64,000 bases of DNA, taken from contig NC_045698.1 of assembly GCF_009834535.1 (NCBI RefSeq), positions 9,984,001-10,048,000 on the forward strand, in the 5' to 3' direction. Of this stretch, positions 12,102 to 25,235 are shown piece after piece (within the stretch, counting starts at the first letter, position 1; each line of letters opens with the position of its first letter). Under the pieces are notes generated by a model, which saw nothing but the letters and a program-made list of their open reading frames with translations, did not search any database and was not told the DNA's origin. Position numbers and translations under genes: made by a program. The DNA comes from Camelus ferus. Taxonomy: Eukaryota.

Positions 12102-13633
12102 TAAATACAGCTTTGATGCTTATTTATTACAAAAATAATACACATTTATCGTGAAAAATGTAAAAAAAAAAAAAAGTAAATATCACCATAATCTGAGAAT
12201 GACTAACAGCCTGCTTTCTTTGACAAATGCACTGGTTCCCATTTCTCCTTTCTTAAGAAAAAAAAAAGTATTTTTATATGTATATATACACATACATACA
12301 CATATATGTATATGTGTATATGCATGTGTGCACCTGTATTTTTAGTTTACAAGGTATTATGAAAATTTTCTCATGTTACTGAATAGTCTTTAAAATACGA
12401 TTTAATGGCTACATATTGTATTGGTCAGACAGGTCTTCATTTGTTTAGGCAATACTTTTTTTAACTTTTAGATTTGTTCCAATTTTTTACTGTTGTAAAC
12501 AATAATACAATGAACATCTCTGTGGGAAAATCCTTGTATGGGTCTCTGCTTATTTATTTCACTAAATAATTAGAAAAAAATATTCCTTAAAAATTATATG
12601 CATTGGTTCCCATGAGAAACTTAGTTAATTTTGCTACATCTCTGTCTGCATGACAGACAGGGAATGGTTAAGTCTCTGTTACCCCATTGCTAGTTTCATC
12701 TTCAAGTCTTCGACAGTAGTGAAACTCAACATTTCTTACGTGTTTATTGGACATCTGGCAGGGGTGGGGGGAGTTGTAAGTGAATTTCCTGTTCATGTTC
12801 CTTTCTCTTTTTCTCCTGGTGATTTTCTATCTATTGATTTGCAATCTCTTTTTAAGACTGGATGAAGACACAGCACACATACAGAAAATAAATAGCTGCT
12901 TCAATACTACTATCAATAAAGTAGAACTAACAACAAAAGCCTTAAAGATTTGGCCCAAGGCAAGCATTTGATTTTTATAAAGGGTATAATCCACTATGAG
13001 TTTATGGTAGCTGTGTACTGAAAAACAGTCCTAAAATAAAGTAAGCAAAACCTGTTAGAAATACAGGCAACATTAACAGAAAGACCATAAGTAAAATGAT
13101 GTTCTAATAGAACGTTTTAATACATTAAATACATTAAACCTTATATTCCCCAAATAATACTATTCTTTTAAAGTGCTGTAGACAATCAACAAAAATTAAT
13201 CATTTATTAGAACACACAAACCACACAAGGCACAATCTCTAACAATAATGTTGTAAATTGGAAATTAATCAGGAAGGAATTTTATGTCTTTCAACTGCTT
13301 TAAAGTTTAGGAAAAGTTCTTTTAAATTGCTATTGGATCCTTGCAGAACTCCAAACCACAAATGCAGATCCTTTGGAACGTAGTAAATCCCCACTAAAGA
13401 CTCAAGAGGGCCGAACAGCAGACAGAGGGGAGAGAGCATTCACTCCCAGTGTCCCGTGATCGCAGGGCAGCCAGCTTCGGGAGAGGGGTGCTCCCGGTCT
13501 TTCAGGACCAGCCCAGAGCCCGCAAGTCCCCGGAGTCTTGGAGAGAAGAGACGGGGCACAAAGGCGAATCCAGGGCAGAGAGAACAGGGAGAACTGGAGG
13601 TGGTCTCACCACCCAAGGACTCCTTATTCATTC

Positions 13634-13830
13634 TTTTTTTTTTATATATATATATTGAATTATAGTCAGTTTACAATATTGTGTCAATGTCTGGTGTACA
13701 GCACAATTCATCAGTCACATACAAATACACATATACTCAATTTCATATTCTTTTTCACTGTGAGCTACTATAAGATATTGACTATATTTTCCTGTGCCAT
13801 ACAGTATAATTTTGTTTCTCTATATATACC
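13634..13830 (-). mobile_element. L1 3' UTR fragment
   Basis: T-rich head, then ttatagtcagtttacaatattgtgtcaatgtctggtgtacagca. Confidence 0.85.
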
Positions 13831-16448
13831 AGTCAGTCTTTAACTGGTTCTCAGCTCCCCTTTCTGGAACTCTCTCAAGATTCCTCATCCCCTTCTCCAG
13901 GAAAGGAACCCCCAAATCTGGACCCTCTTCACGCTACAGTGGAATATGAAGGTCCGAGTAGAAAATAAGTGCTCAGAGGGGGAAAAAAACAGTCAGAAAA
14001 GTGAAGTGACTTGTCCAAAGCCTGCGGATAAAGGCTTCCATGTTCATAACGGAGTGTTGTAAGTTCTATTTTTAAGTTGCTTCTCCCATTCTTCCTACTA
14101 GTCGCTGGCTCTCAACTACTTTGCCATCTGACTCACAACTTACCTCCTCCAAGAAGGGTGCCCTGATTGACACCATCTCCCGACCCTGAGTACTCCCCTA
14201 CAGAGAAATCAATCCTTAAAGCCTTTAATGTTTGTATGTATTATTTTATTTGCATCGGTTTATGTTTTGCTTTGAATTCAAAGCATGTGTCAACGTGTCT
14301 AGATTCTTTTATAGAAGAAATAAGCACCTGAATTCCTGTGTAAACTGAATGCTAGAAAATCAAATAATACTCTCATTAATATGTTATCACTGAAATTTTT
14401 CACAAAAGAGACTCCAAGAAACAAGGAAAAATCATGTTTTGATACCTTGGAAAGCAATTCGTTTCTAATAAAACATTCAATATGTTTACATTTTAATATT
14501 ATAGAACACTTCTGTGTTTTTTAAGATTCTTTTTGGATTTCAAGGAACAGGAATGTGCTCTTATAAACACAGGTGTTAAGAGAGACTGCAATGGACACTT
14601 GTTAAAAAATTAAGACAGATTTGCTTCAAGCTACTGCAGTAATAAGGAAGCAAGATTTCAGTACAGAACTGAGCTTAACTCCAAAGACAGCAGGGGCAGC
14701 TGGCAGTTTATAGCCAGCAGTCAAGAGACAACGAATAGAAAATTACCAAGAGGATCTACGTGGTCAGGCCCCAAGAGCCCCCTTCTGAGGTCTCTACAAA
14801 ATACTCACGTGGAAATGTTCCAGAAAAAAAGCTGGAACTGTAAATCTGTATCTCTGGAAAAAAGGAGGGGGCTTAATGATACGGATGTGAGCCATCAGCA
14901 TAAAAGAGATAGTGATGTAAATTAGTTCCCCCAAGGAGAAGGTACAAAGTGAGCAGAGGGCCAACACGGAGCGTCAGGACTCAGTGGGATTCCGTGTGTG
15001 AGCTGAGGGGGGGGAACAAATGTCTCCCATGGATCAAAGAAGAAAAGTAACCAATAAAAACAATCATGACTGCAAGGGGTTGAAGCAGAAGATACGTAAG
15101 ATCCGTGATTTCGTGGTGATATTTTAAAAACAAAAACAAAAATTGTGAGTGGAATTTTGAATATGTAAAAATTTCAGTATTAGGAAAGCTAGGAAAATTT
15201 TGAATATATTTGTCATTAATTCAGTAGAAACCTGGTGACTATCCAGCCCCATGAACGATATAGCTTGTATCAAAGAGAAATTCTCCAAGACTATGGCACC
15301 TAATGAGTGTCAGATTAATGGGGGAGATTTGCTGGAAGAGGCTGATGGAATTCTATATATCAAATAATGCCTTAGACCAGGGGTGTATTTCAAACTGATG
15401 TGTGCTATAAGACTTTGTTAGTTGTTTAATAATATAGCTTATTTTCTCTAGCAATAAAAGGGAGTGTATTAAAAAGCCTGTTTTACATATTGATTTATAT
15501 ATTGATTTTCACTCATGTACAGGTTGTTAAATATTATTAATATGCTCCCAACAATAAATGTTTGAAGGGCTCGTTCTAGCAGAGGGGGAGAGTCATCTGA
15601 ACACATGGTCACGCTGCACTGGGCCGTGTGTAAGAATGGAAGGGTGTAACGATGGAGGGCAGGGTGATGCTGGGGGAAGCTTTCCTAAGGTGAGTCCTAA
15701 GAAAACTGGAAGCAAAAAATAGGGACTTACCAAATGGACAAGGCACAGGGCATTTTTCACAACAAACCCAGGAAACAGCTCCCCACAGGAATGTGGATCT
15801 GAGCTTGGCCACCTGACTTGTATCCAGATGGGACACTAACAGTCATGGCACCCAGTGGCAAAGCAGCTACTTAAACTGTCACTTGTGGTGGTCTGGGATG
15901 AAGTGACATTAAAGGCCACGGCCCCAGAAACCCCAAGGTCTCCTGCAGTTAACAATTATGGGGAGCATAAAGAACACAGGGCTGTCGGGTGGCAGCCACT
16001 GGGCAGGGTGACTGTGCCCCAGGGAAAGGAGATGCCTGGGCCCTTGGAAATCCGTGACTGCAGCTCTGAGCCAGCCAAGAGCATGCCATCGTGGGCCACC
16101 AGTCAGAGCAGGGGAGGATGGGGTTAGGGATAAACAGCGTTTGACTCCAAGTCACTCTCGCAGCGACCCAATGGACATATAAACTCATCCTGTGACCAGG
16201 GGACATGTGAACTCATCCTGTAGTCACTTCCACGATGCCTAAGGGTAGGATCGGAACAGATAACCTTGGCCAATGGCAGGATCCTCCATCTTTCCAGGTA
16301 TGGATTCTCTGGAAACCCTCTCTCCCTCTGAAAACAGAAAGCAGCGCCACCATCAAAGATGCAGCAGACCCGGGTGGCAGTCCCTACCACAAATCCACTG
16401 AATTTTCCTTTTCAACCCATCCTTGTCTCGAGACAGATGACCGCAGGG

Positions 16449-16620
16449 CAGGGCCCCTCAGCCTCGGCACTGCTAATGTTTGGGGCTGGATAAATCGTGC
16501 AGTGTGGACTGTTTCGCAGTGTCCCTGACCTCTAGCACACCTTCCCCAGTTGTGATGTTGTCTCTAGACATTGCCAGATATCCTCTGGGGGACAAAATTG
16601 CTCTCGGTTGAGAAGCACTG
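16449..16620. mobile_element. MER20-like hAT-Charlie MITE
   Basis: ctcagcctcggcactgctaatgtttggggctggataa...agacattgccagatatcctctggggg...ggttgagaagcactg. Confidence 0.75.
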
Positions 16621-16687
16621 AATGACCCATAAAGCAGCTTCATTGCGGACTGACTCTAATTACAGCTGCTCTTCCCAAACATGATGT

Positions 16688-16912
16688 CTTTTTTTTAATT
16701 GAAGTATAGTCGATTCACAATGTTGTGTTAGTTTGTGGTGTGCAGCATAGTGATTCAGTTATACTGCACACACACACACATATATATATACTCCTTTTCA
16801 TACTCTTTTTCATCATAGGCCATTACAAGGTATTGAATATAGTTCCCTGTGCTATACAGCAGGGCCTTGTTCTTTATCTACTTTATATACAGTCGTGTGT
16901 ATCTGCTAATCC
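16688..16912 (-). mobile_element. L1 3' UTR fragment
   Basis: ttttaattgaagtatagtcgattcacaatgttgtgttag...agttccctgtgctatacag. Confidence 0.85.
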
Positions 16913-18774
16913 CGAAATGATTTCTTGAACTGGAAAGAAGCACAAGTTTCACTGAGTCTCTTTGGCTTTTGGGCGCAATAGATCCCATATTTGGGCATAC
17001 TGCTCCTGCCACGGGCACAGTAATGTAGATGGCTTCCAGCTTTGAGTGGGACCCCAGGCAAGACACAGCTCCATCTGGTGCAAATCCTTCTGACCCTGTG
17101 ACTGAGCTCAAAGTTTCTGGGGAAGATGGGATGCTGCACGGAGCCCTGGAGAGAAAATGATAGCAAAGGCCCTCTGCTCACTTTGGAAAGAACTCCTCTC
17201 TTCTTGAAACAGCTCCAGGTGACCATAGTACCTGAAATTCCCATCATAAACCCAGTGTTTTCTGGTCCTTCTGGCTGTAAAGTTGGGCTTTTGCAATGAC
17301 TGTCCTCTGGGTCCTAAAAGCATAGATAAGTTCCGTGAGCAGGAGGCTCGCGTTCCCGGGACAGCTACACCTGTGCGCTTCCTCATCTCTCCCAGCCCTC
17401 CCGGGGCCTCCTCAGAGGAGAGGTCCCTTGTCCTTTTCCTACACATTGCGCAATGCTTCCGCTTCCCTCCCACTCTTAGAACCTGGAGCGCGGAATCTCA
17501 GGAGATCATCTTTTCCAATTTCCTCACAGGACAGATTAGGAAACTGGTACCTAGAAAGGATGAGTCACTTCCCCCACATGAGGAAAACAGGTGGTGACTC
17601 GCCAAGACGAGAACCCAAGCCCCCTTGCTTGTGGTCTTTCTGCGTTCTTGAAGGTAAAGAGCTGGTCTAAGATTCTCTAGTAAGAAGTGATTCTGCATCC
17701 AACTTCAGCCCTCACCATGTCTAGAGAAAGAAAATCTCACCATCTGCTGCATTTCACAACACTGTTAAACTTCTAGAAAAAACAGAGGAAAAACGTTTCA
17801 ACCACATAACACAAAACCTTCTCATCCATCCAGCTGTTTAGTTGCTCCATTCCTAGATGGATTACCTAGCATCCTCAAGTTGATAAAAAGTCTTTTTTCA
17901 TGCCCAAGGTAATCTTAAGCACCTTTTATTCTAGATTTGCTCCAAACTCACACAAGTGAATAGAATTATGAAAATAATCCTTTGTGCAGGAAATTAAAAG
18001 TAAGCCTCTTTTTTGAGACGCCCGTGCAATTAGAATCAGTATCACCAGCTGAAGTAGCTTCATCACCTATGAAAAATAACATTTATGAAGTCTCACACAA
18101 AATGTACTGGTCTGGTTCTATAAAATGTCATGGTATTTTCCCCAAAGGGTAATAATATTAATATTCAAATGCATTTTGCTTCAATTCCTTAACCTTGAGC
18201 AGTATGTCACTAAAATCTTTTTAGGCTTCTCCACAAGATGGGGCTACTCTCCAAACAATTCTGTTGCTAAGCACGATGGCATTCTGAAAAGGTTCAATTA
18301 TAAAGTGTCACCTACATAGCAGTCTTGATAGGATAGTGCATGAACTGTTAACTCTAGGAGTCATTAAATCAGGTGAAGGACAAATACTTCTGGCACCATC
18401 TGAGGAGCTGTAACTTCTCAGCCTCTGCTCGTGCATGCAACGGTCTTCAAGTCAGGGCTTGGGTTCTCCACCTCCCCCGTTTTCAGTTTCACTGGCAAAG
18501 CCAGTGAGGACACAGGAAGCTCGCCACTCTTCCATCTCTGGCCCCAGTGATCTGTACCTCCTTATCCCTGATCCCCTCAGAAAAATGCCATGTTAAACGT
18601 TACAGGTCTTTAGATTTCCATTAGTTCAGGAGAAGCAGAAAATCTATTCAGGTCTATTTAGATGAAGGGCAGGGCAGAAAGAGGGGGAGACTGGGGGAAG
18701 GCTTGGAGATCTTTGCTGAGCAAGTCCATGTGCCAGGAAAACCTCTCCATGCCTCATCTCACTGGACCCCTAGA

Positions 18775-18910
18775 GAGGAGGGTATATAGCTCAGTGGTAG
18801 AGTACTTGCTTGGCATGCACAAGGTCCTGGGTTCAATTCCCAGGACCTCTATCAAAATAAATAAGCCTAATTAGTCCCCTCTAAAAAACAAACAAACAAA
18901 CAAAATAAAA
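18775..18910 (+). mobile_element. tRNA-derived camelid-type SINE
   Basis: A/B boxes, cctaatta tail segment, (CAAA)n tail. Confidence 0.88.
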
Positions 18911-19180
18911 TGGTCATTGGACACCTGTAACAACCCTACAGGGTAGCTTGATTCACCCCACCTTCTGGAGGAGAAAATTTGCAGTTTTAAGAAGCATCTC
19001 ATAGTAGGTCATCCAGCTGGTATGCAAGCCTTCTTACTTTTCTACCACACCGCGATCAGGTAGGCATTTGTAACCCAACTTAAAAAGCTGGGGTCCACAT
19101 GGCTCAGTCTTGCCATGGAGTCCCATGTAAAGCATTGGAGTCCCGGAGCCAAAAGTGGTTTTGAAAGAGTCTAATTATTG

Positions 19181-19330
19181 AGGGTGGGTATAGCTCAGTG
19201 GGAGAGTGCATTCTTAACATGCACAAGGTCCTGGGTTCAACCCTCAGTACCTCCCATAAATACACACATACATACATACATACATACATACATACATACA
19301 TACATACACACATACATAATTCTTTTTAAA
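19181..19330 (+). mobile_element. tRNA-derived camelid-type SINE with (CATA)n tail
   Basis: TSD agtctaattattg at 19168-19180 and 19331-19343. Confidence 0.9.
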
Positions 19331-20094
19331 AGTCTAATTATTGCTTGCATATCTAAGAATATTAAAGGGGACTTGATTCATAACCCGCAGCAGCATTTCT
19401 CAAAAGCCCCCTCCCTCTGCTCTGCTATCCTCTCACACCCAAAAGCTGTTCCAGAGTTTCTCACACATAGACCTTCCACAGCTTTTCCCTCTCCCCCTCC
19501 CTCCTCTTTCCTGGCTTTGGCTAAATTGACCCCCCTTTCTTGCCTCCCTGGTTCGTGGCCAGACTAGCAGCTCCAGATTCTCCTGTGAGGGTGGAGGGAG
19601 TCATCACAGATGCCCCCACAGGGATATCCCCAGTCCCGGCCCAGGCCAAATGGGATTCAAACACACCTGGGCACATCTGGACGTCTGAAATGAGCTGCAG
19701 ACGTTCTCGGGGAGGGTGGTTCCTAAGAGGGGGGTTACCTAGGGGTTTTAGGCGTTTTCTTCCTGTTATTTTATTTTGGTCAATGGAGAAGAAAGTCTTG
19801 CACAGGATCACAGAGGACATCCAGTGAGGGAAGAACAGAAAAGCAGTTCTTTCAGATGACATTGCAGGTCCTAAACCATGGGCTCCATGGAAAACCTATG
19901 AGAACTGAGGGGAAAGCTGGTACAGCTTTGATGCTCCCAGGGGCAGCCATCATCCCTTGTGAGAGAAGGCCACTGAGCACGTTCACGCACAGACACACCA
20001 GGGTTTCAAGTCTGTGATGGCACTTACCTCCTAGCCAGTTTACAAAAACCAAGAGAGGCATCTCAGCTCCAGAACCCGACAGCTTTCCCCCTAC

Positions 20095-20477
20095 TGGATG
20101 GTGAATTTTATTTGTGTACACGAAGAACCCAGACACTTGGTCAAACACTAGTCTAGAGATTGCTGTGAAGCTATTTCTGAGATGAGATTAACAATTAAAT
20201 CAGGAGACTCTGAGTGAAGCAGATTACCCTCCATAATGTGGGTGGGCCTCACCCAATCAGTTGAAGGCCTTAAGAGACAAAAGATGGGGGCACCCTGAAG
20301 AAGAGGGAATTCTCCTTCCAGGCTGTCTTTGAACTTATGCTTTGGCATCAGCTCTTCCTGGGTATCCAGCCTGCTGACCTACACCACAGATTTTGGACCC
20401 ACCAGGCTCTACAATTGTGGGAGTAAATTCCTTAAAATAAATAAAGCTCTCTTGATGATAGATAGATAGATAGATAC

Positions 20478-20541
<64 letters not shown>

Positions 20542-20622
20542 GATAGATAGATAGACAGACAGAAGACAGACAGATAATATATCTCCTATTGGCTCTGTTC
20601 CTCCAGAGACCTCTGACTAATG
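20095..20622 (+). mobile_element. MLT2-type (ERVL) solo LTR
   Basis: agcagattaccctccataatgtgggtgggcctcacccaatcagttgaaggcctt and 3' ctcctattggctctgtt...gactaat. Confidence 0.8.
20457..20575. repeat. (GATA)n tetranucleotide microsatellite
   Basis: About 24 GATA units grading into GACA, inside the MLT2 LTR. Confidence 0.97.
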
Positions 20623-20957
20623 CTACTACTGCCACTGGCCCCAACCACCAACCACTATAATCTCCCCTGACCAACCTCCTCTGTCCTCCAGTGGGTCCCT
20701 CTTTCACTCAGAGTAAAAGTGAATACTTCCCACAGGTATCCAGGATCCCCACCCTCTTTACACAAACCTCCCAGCCCCCTTCACCTCTCCTACTCATCTC
20801 CTGCTCTCTCCTCTGTGCTCACCCCCTCCAGCCACTCCTGGGCCCCCAGTGCTTCCTTTGCTGCAGTGGTCCTCCCCATCTGTGCACACGCCCAAAGCCC
20901 ATGCCTCTGCAGGTCCTTCCTCAAATCTCACCTCATCATCAGCCCTGGCTTGGGGGG

Positions 20958-21280
20958 CAGTGAGTCTCAAAATTTTATGTCCCGGGAACCCTTTATGCTC
21001 TTAGAAATTATCAAGGACCCAAAGCCTGTGTGTACGTGGGTTTTATCTGCTGGTATTTACTCCATTTGAAACTAAAATCAAGACATGTTTAAAACACAAG
21101 AATCTACAGGCACACATCCCATCAGCCATCAGAGCAATGACACTGCCACATGTCATGCAGCCACTGGAAGGCAATTCCACAATCAAGATGTCTCACAATA
21201 CACACAGAGTTCTGAGCTCAAAGAGCCCCTAAAAGGGTCTGAGGCCCCCAGGGCTCCTTGGTGATACTTAGAGATCCTCT
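20958..21280. mobile_element. hAT-Charlie (MER119/Charlie1-like) fragment
   Basis: cagtgagtctcaaaatttt...cccttta.gctcttagaaattatcaaggacccaaag start and gagatcctctg end. Confidence 0.55.
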
Positions 21281-21574
21281 GGGCTATAAGAATGGGCAAA
21301 ATCCCCAGGCCTCTTGCAGGAAACACGACCAAACATTGGCTGGCATGATTCCCACTTGGATGGGAAGCAAAGAGCATTCTCAGAAATGAAACCTATACAG
21401 CAATCAGCTAAAGTTTTGTGGAAGCCACCACCCAAGCCTGTGTCTTGCTCAGTTCCTCAGACAATATTCAGACTCCAGTGCTCACAACAGAAAGCACCCA
21501 CTGCAGCAGGCAGAACACCACCCCAGAGGGGAAGCAAGCAGGAGGCGTATCCTGCGTTATCCAGGTGAGCTCAG

Positions 21575-21909
21575 TACAATCAGGGCCCTTAAAGGTGGGT
21601 GACCGAGGCAGGAGACGGGGCCAGAGACAGATGTGACCAAAGAAGAATGATCAGAGAGAGGCCGTGTTGCTGGCTTTGAAGGGGCCACGAGCCAAGGAAT
21701 GTGGGCTGTCTCTTGAAGCTGGAAAAAGCCAGAAACAGCCTCCCCTAGAGACTCCAGAAGGGAATGCAACCCTGCCAGCGCCTTGATTTGAGCCCAGTGA
21801 GACCTATGTCAGGTTTCCAACCGACAGAACTGTTGGAGAATAAAGGTGTGCTGCTGTAAGCCACTAGGTTTGTGGTAATGTATTTCAGCAGCCATAGGAA
21901 GCTGACTCA
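21575..21909 (+). mobile_element. MLT1 (MaLR) LTR fragment
   Basis: ttgctggctttgaagg...gagccaaggaatgtggg...taagccactaggtttgtggtaat. Confidence 0.8.
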
Positions 21910-22595
21910 CCTGTTAAAACTGAATTGCATTTGAATCTTGTACCTAACAGGGAACTGCCCACAGAGCCCTGAAGTGGGGGATGCCTTCCTGTGGGTAAAG
22001 CCTGGTGCGAACAGGCCAGGCAAGGAGCTCCCAGCACTAGCCGGTAGGCAACAGGACGCGTGAAAATCCCTGACCCGCCACCGCCCCCACTCACCCTGTT
22101 CACAAATGCCTCATGCTGGACCAGTGACCATTCCACCCTTCACCGAGGCTTCTGCTCCTTTTAGTGTTTTCCAAATGGGCATTTGAGTTTTAGCAGTCCT
22201 GTTCCCCACCTGCCACCCCCAAGATGTCACATCAGTCATCTTAGGATAACTAAATAATTTAGCGCTTGGTCTCCAGTTGTACGGGTACTCCTTGGCCTGG
22301 GTCATGACCACACAGAAGAAGTGACCACCACCAGGAGACCTTGAGGCATCACCAGTAGGTGCAAAAGCTGAACACAACTTCGGGTTGGCTCCTGCAGGCT
22401 GCAGAGGGGTTGGGGGAGGCAACACTTTCATTATGGGATGAAAGCTGAAAGGAGTCTGAGTGTGTGTTCTCAGCAGCCCCACCGCCCAGGGGTGGAAAAT
22501 CACGTATCAGCCCCAGAACACAGTAAATCTGCCCCTGCCCTGGTAACCTCTCCTCTTGGCCACAGGAGTCATTTCAGAGATGGCCCGGCCTCATC

Positions 22596-22998
22596 TGCAG
22601 CAATATGAATGGACCTAGAGATGATCACACTAAGTGAAGCAAGTCAGACAGAGAAAGACAAATACGTGGTATCACTTACATGTGGAATCTTTTTTTAAAA
22701 AATGACACAAATGAACTTATTTACAAAACAGAAAGAGACTGCAGACATAGAAAACAAATTTATGGTTACCAAAGGGGAAGAGGGGAGATAAATTAGGAGT
22801 TTGGGATTGCAGATACAAACTACTATGTACAGAACAGCTAAACACAAGGTCCTACTGTACAGCACAGGGAACTATACTCAATAGCTTGTAATAACCCATA
22901 ATTAAAAAGATATATATGTATAATTGAAATACTATGCTGTATACCAGGAACTAACACATTATAAATCAGTTATACTTCAATTTTTTAAATAAATAAAA
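22596..22998 (+). mobile_element. L1 3' end
   Basis: atggacctagagatgatcacactaagtgaag...cagggaactatactcaata...tatacttcaa plus A-rich tail. Confidence 0.88.
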
Positions 22999-24157
22999 TA
23001 TACAATTCAGGGCCAGGGCGGGGTGGGGGTGGGGATCTGGCCCGGCTTCCCCACCTTACAGGACTGGTGGGATCAGAGGAGAACACTTGGCCAAGCTGGA
23101 GCGGTTGCCTCCCTGGCATTCGGAATGAGAGCCAGGAGAGAAGCCATCCTGGTGGCTGGAGACATGAACGCTCAGACAGCACAGGTTGGCTGCTTCTGCA
23201 GCACACGCATGCAGACTATGGACACAACTCCAGTCTTCAGAAAGATGCAGCAAGAGCGAAGCAAAGAGCCCACGTGTGCGGAGATGAGAGCCAGGATAAT
23301 TGCTCATCCTGGCTCCCGCCCTTCCTCAGATCCAGCATCATCGCTGCCCACGCCCAGGACTCCCCAGGACAAGCCTGGCCACTTCAGGCCCACTCCCCAT
23401 TCTCTACCTTCGCTGGTTTTGGTTTCTGCAACCAAAAAAACCCTCATCTCCACATGGTATCTCTACTCCTGGGAATCCTGCAGGAAGCATTTACTAGAAA
23501 AGATATTAAAGTCCATAACCAACATTATTTAGTGCCTTGAAGGGCTCCTGTGAGCAGAATCTGGGGTAAGCAAGGTCTCTGAGTCCCACACTTTCCTGCA
23601 TCACCTCTCAACCGTCCTGCCTCGCCTGTCTCTGCAGCCCTGGACCACTGGCTCTGCCCAAGCTGCTGTTCGGCGTTCACCTCTGGGACCCCTTTCCATA
23701 CACGCAGCCCACAACATTTCTGGCTCCATCTCCAGACTGCACACCTCTCACCTCCCGCCCCAGGGTTACCCTGTTGCCTGGGATCTGCTCGTCTTCCCTG
23801 ACACACAACCCAAGGAGCAAGGGAATGAATGACCGGGAGGGAGGTAGAGCACAAGGTGAATTCTCCCTTCTTGCCTGCTGGTTCAGTCCCAGCAGATGGC
23901 TACCAGCTAAGTGCCACACCCTCGTATGGGCTCTCCCTCCTCCCCTACCTCACTCTTCCTCCCCTCACTCTTGCTTTCCCAGGATTGCACTCCTAATACA
24001 CTGGTAACACAAATCCACATTCAGACTGTTTTATTTATGGAACGTCTTCCAAGATGTTCTTGATTTAAATGAGGTCGTTGGTAAAGTGAGAAGCTGAACA
24101 GGATAGAGATGAACAATCCCTGGCTACCTTCCTTTCTGGTAACTGAAAATGCAACAG

Positions 24158-24237
24158 GATACTATGGTAACTGGACACAAGGCATAAAGCGAATGAGTCC
24201 CCTGCCAGTGAGTTACCCTGAGCGTTACCGTAGTAAC
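24158..24237. promoter_or_regulatory. Cluster of RFX X-box motifs
   Basis: GATACTATGGTAAC (24158-24171) and GTTACCGTAGTAAC (24224-24237), plus half-sites. Confidence 0.5.
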
Positions 24238-24461
24238 AGATCACCAATTTCTCACACAAGAGAATGAAAGCAAAATCATATTAGCAAATGACCTAAGTTT
24301 AATGTCTCCTTATCTACAAAATACGAGAGAATTTAATAAGATGTTTCAATGGGACCTCTCAAATAATGACTACTTTTGTCTGTAGAAAAACGAACACGTG
24401 GTGATAAGGGCTTGGAAACCCAAACCGAAGAAGGCCGACTTCAAGGACGCCACTTCCTGGG

Positions 24462-24480
24462 AAAGCCACTAGGTGGCGAA
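24462..24480 (+). promoter_or_regulatory. CTCF binding motif
   Basis: AAAGCCACTAGGTGGCGAA, near-consensus core CCACTAGGTGGCG. Confidence 0.65.
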
Positions 24481-25235
24481 CTTAACCATCCCTCGGATTT
24501 TTTTCTACCTAAAAGTCACCCCAGGGTTGGCTCTGATCTTATTCTGGTTAAGAATTTGCTATTTTGACAAACTAAAATTTATTTACGATAATATAAGAAT
24601 TTCAGAAACCTCTAAATTTAAAAAGTTGAAAATGGTTTTAGTGCAGATACAATAAAAGTAGGATAAATTTAAAGCACAGAGGTTTTTCTTGTCCACTGGC
24701 TGCCTGTGCTCCATTTCTCCTGTTCCTCTTGGGAGGGAGGCATCATCACGAAGCCTTGGATCAGGGCTTGGGTTTTGGTTTACTCTGCTTTGGAGGGATA
24801 TGGGTATTCGCTGTTTAAACAAGGTGTTTTAATAACTAAAAAAAAAAATCATTTCTCAAATGAAGCCAGGGCAGAAATGGGAGCCTGAGGAGAGAGAAAG
24901 GACCAGGGGGCGGAGGGTGTGATGTCTGCAGATGGGAGAAGCAGCACAGGGGTATCGTGATGACAACAGCATATATATGTAAATATATATATATAATGAT
25001 TAATGTGAGAAATACTTTACAACAGAATCTTCACAGCTTCACAATAAAATTCATAAAATAACTTACTATAGAGCTGTACAATGGAATCCTACACAGTCAT
25101 TAAAGATCACGTTCAAGAGGCATTTTAATGAAATTGAAACATGTTTATGATACATTGTAAAATGAAAAAAAAAATCAAGCTCCAAGAGTACAAACTAGTT
25201 TTTATTTTAAAAAGTTAATAAAAAAATAGGTTACA

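Noticed and set aside
21911..21943. 33-nt minus-strand microexon (ctgttag/GTACAAG...TTAACAG/gtgagt)
   Set aside because: The donor overlaps the terminus of the adjacent MLT1 LTR, the acceptor tract is modest and the peptide is unrecognisable; not supportable without transcripts
23023..23540. 169-aa and 157-aa overlapping ORFs
   Set aside because: No recognisable protein similarity; appear to overlap decayed LTR-like sequence
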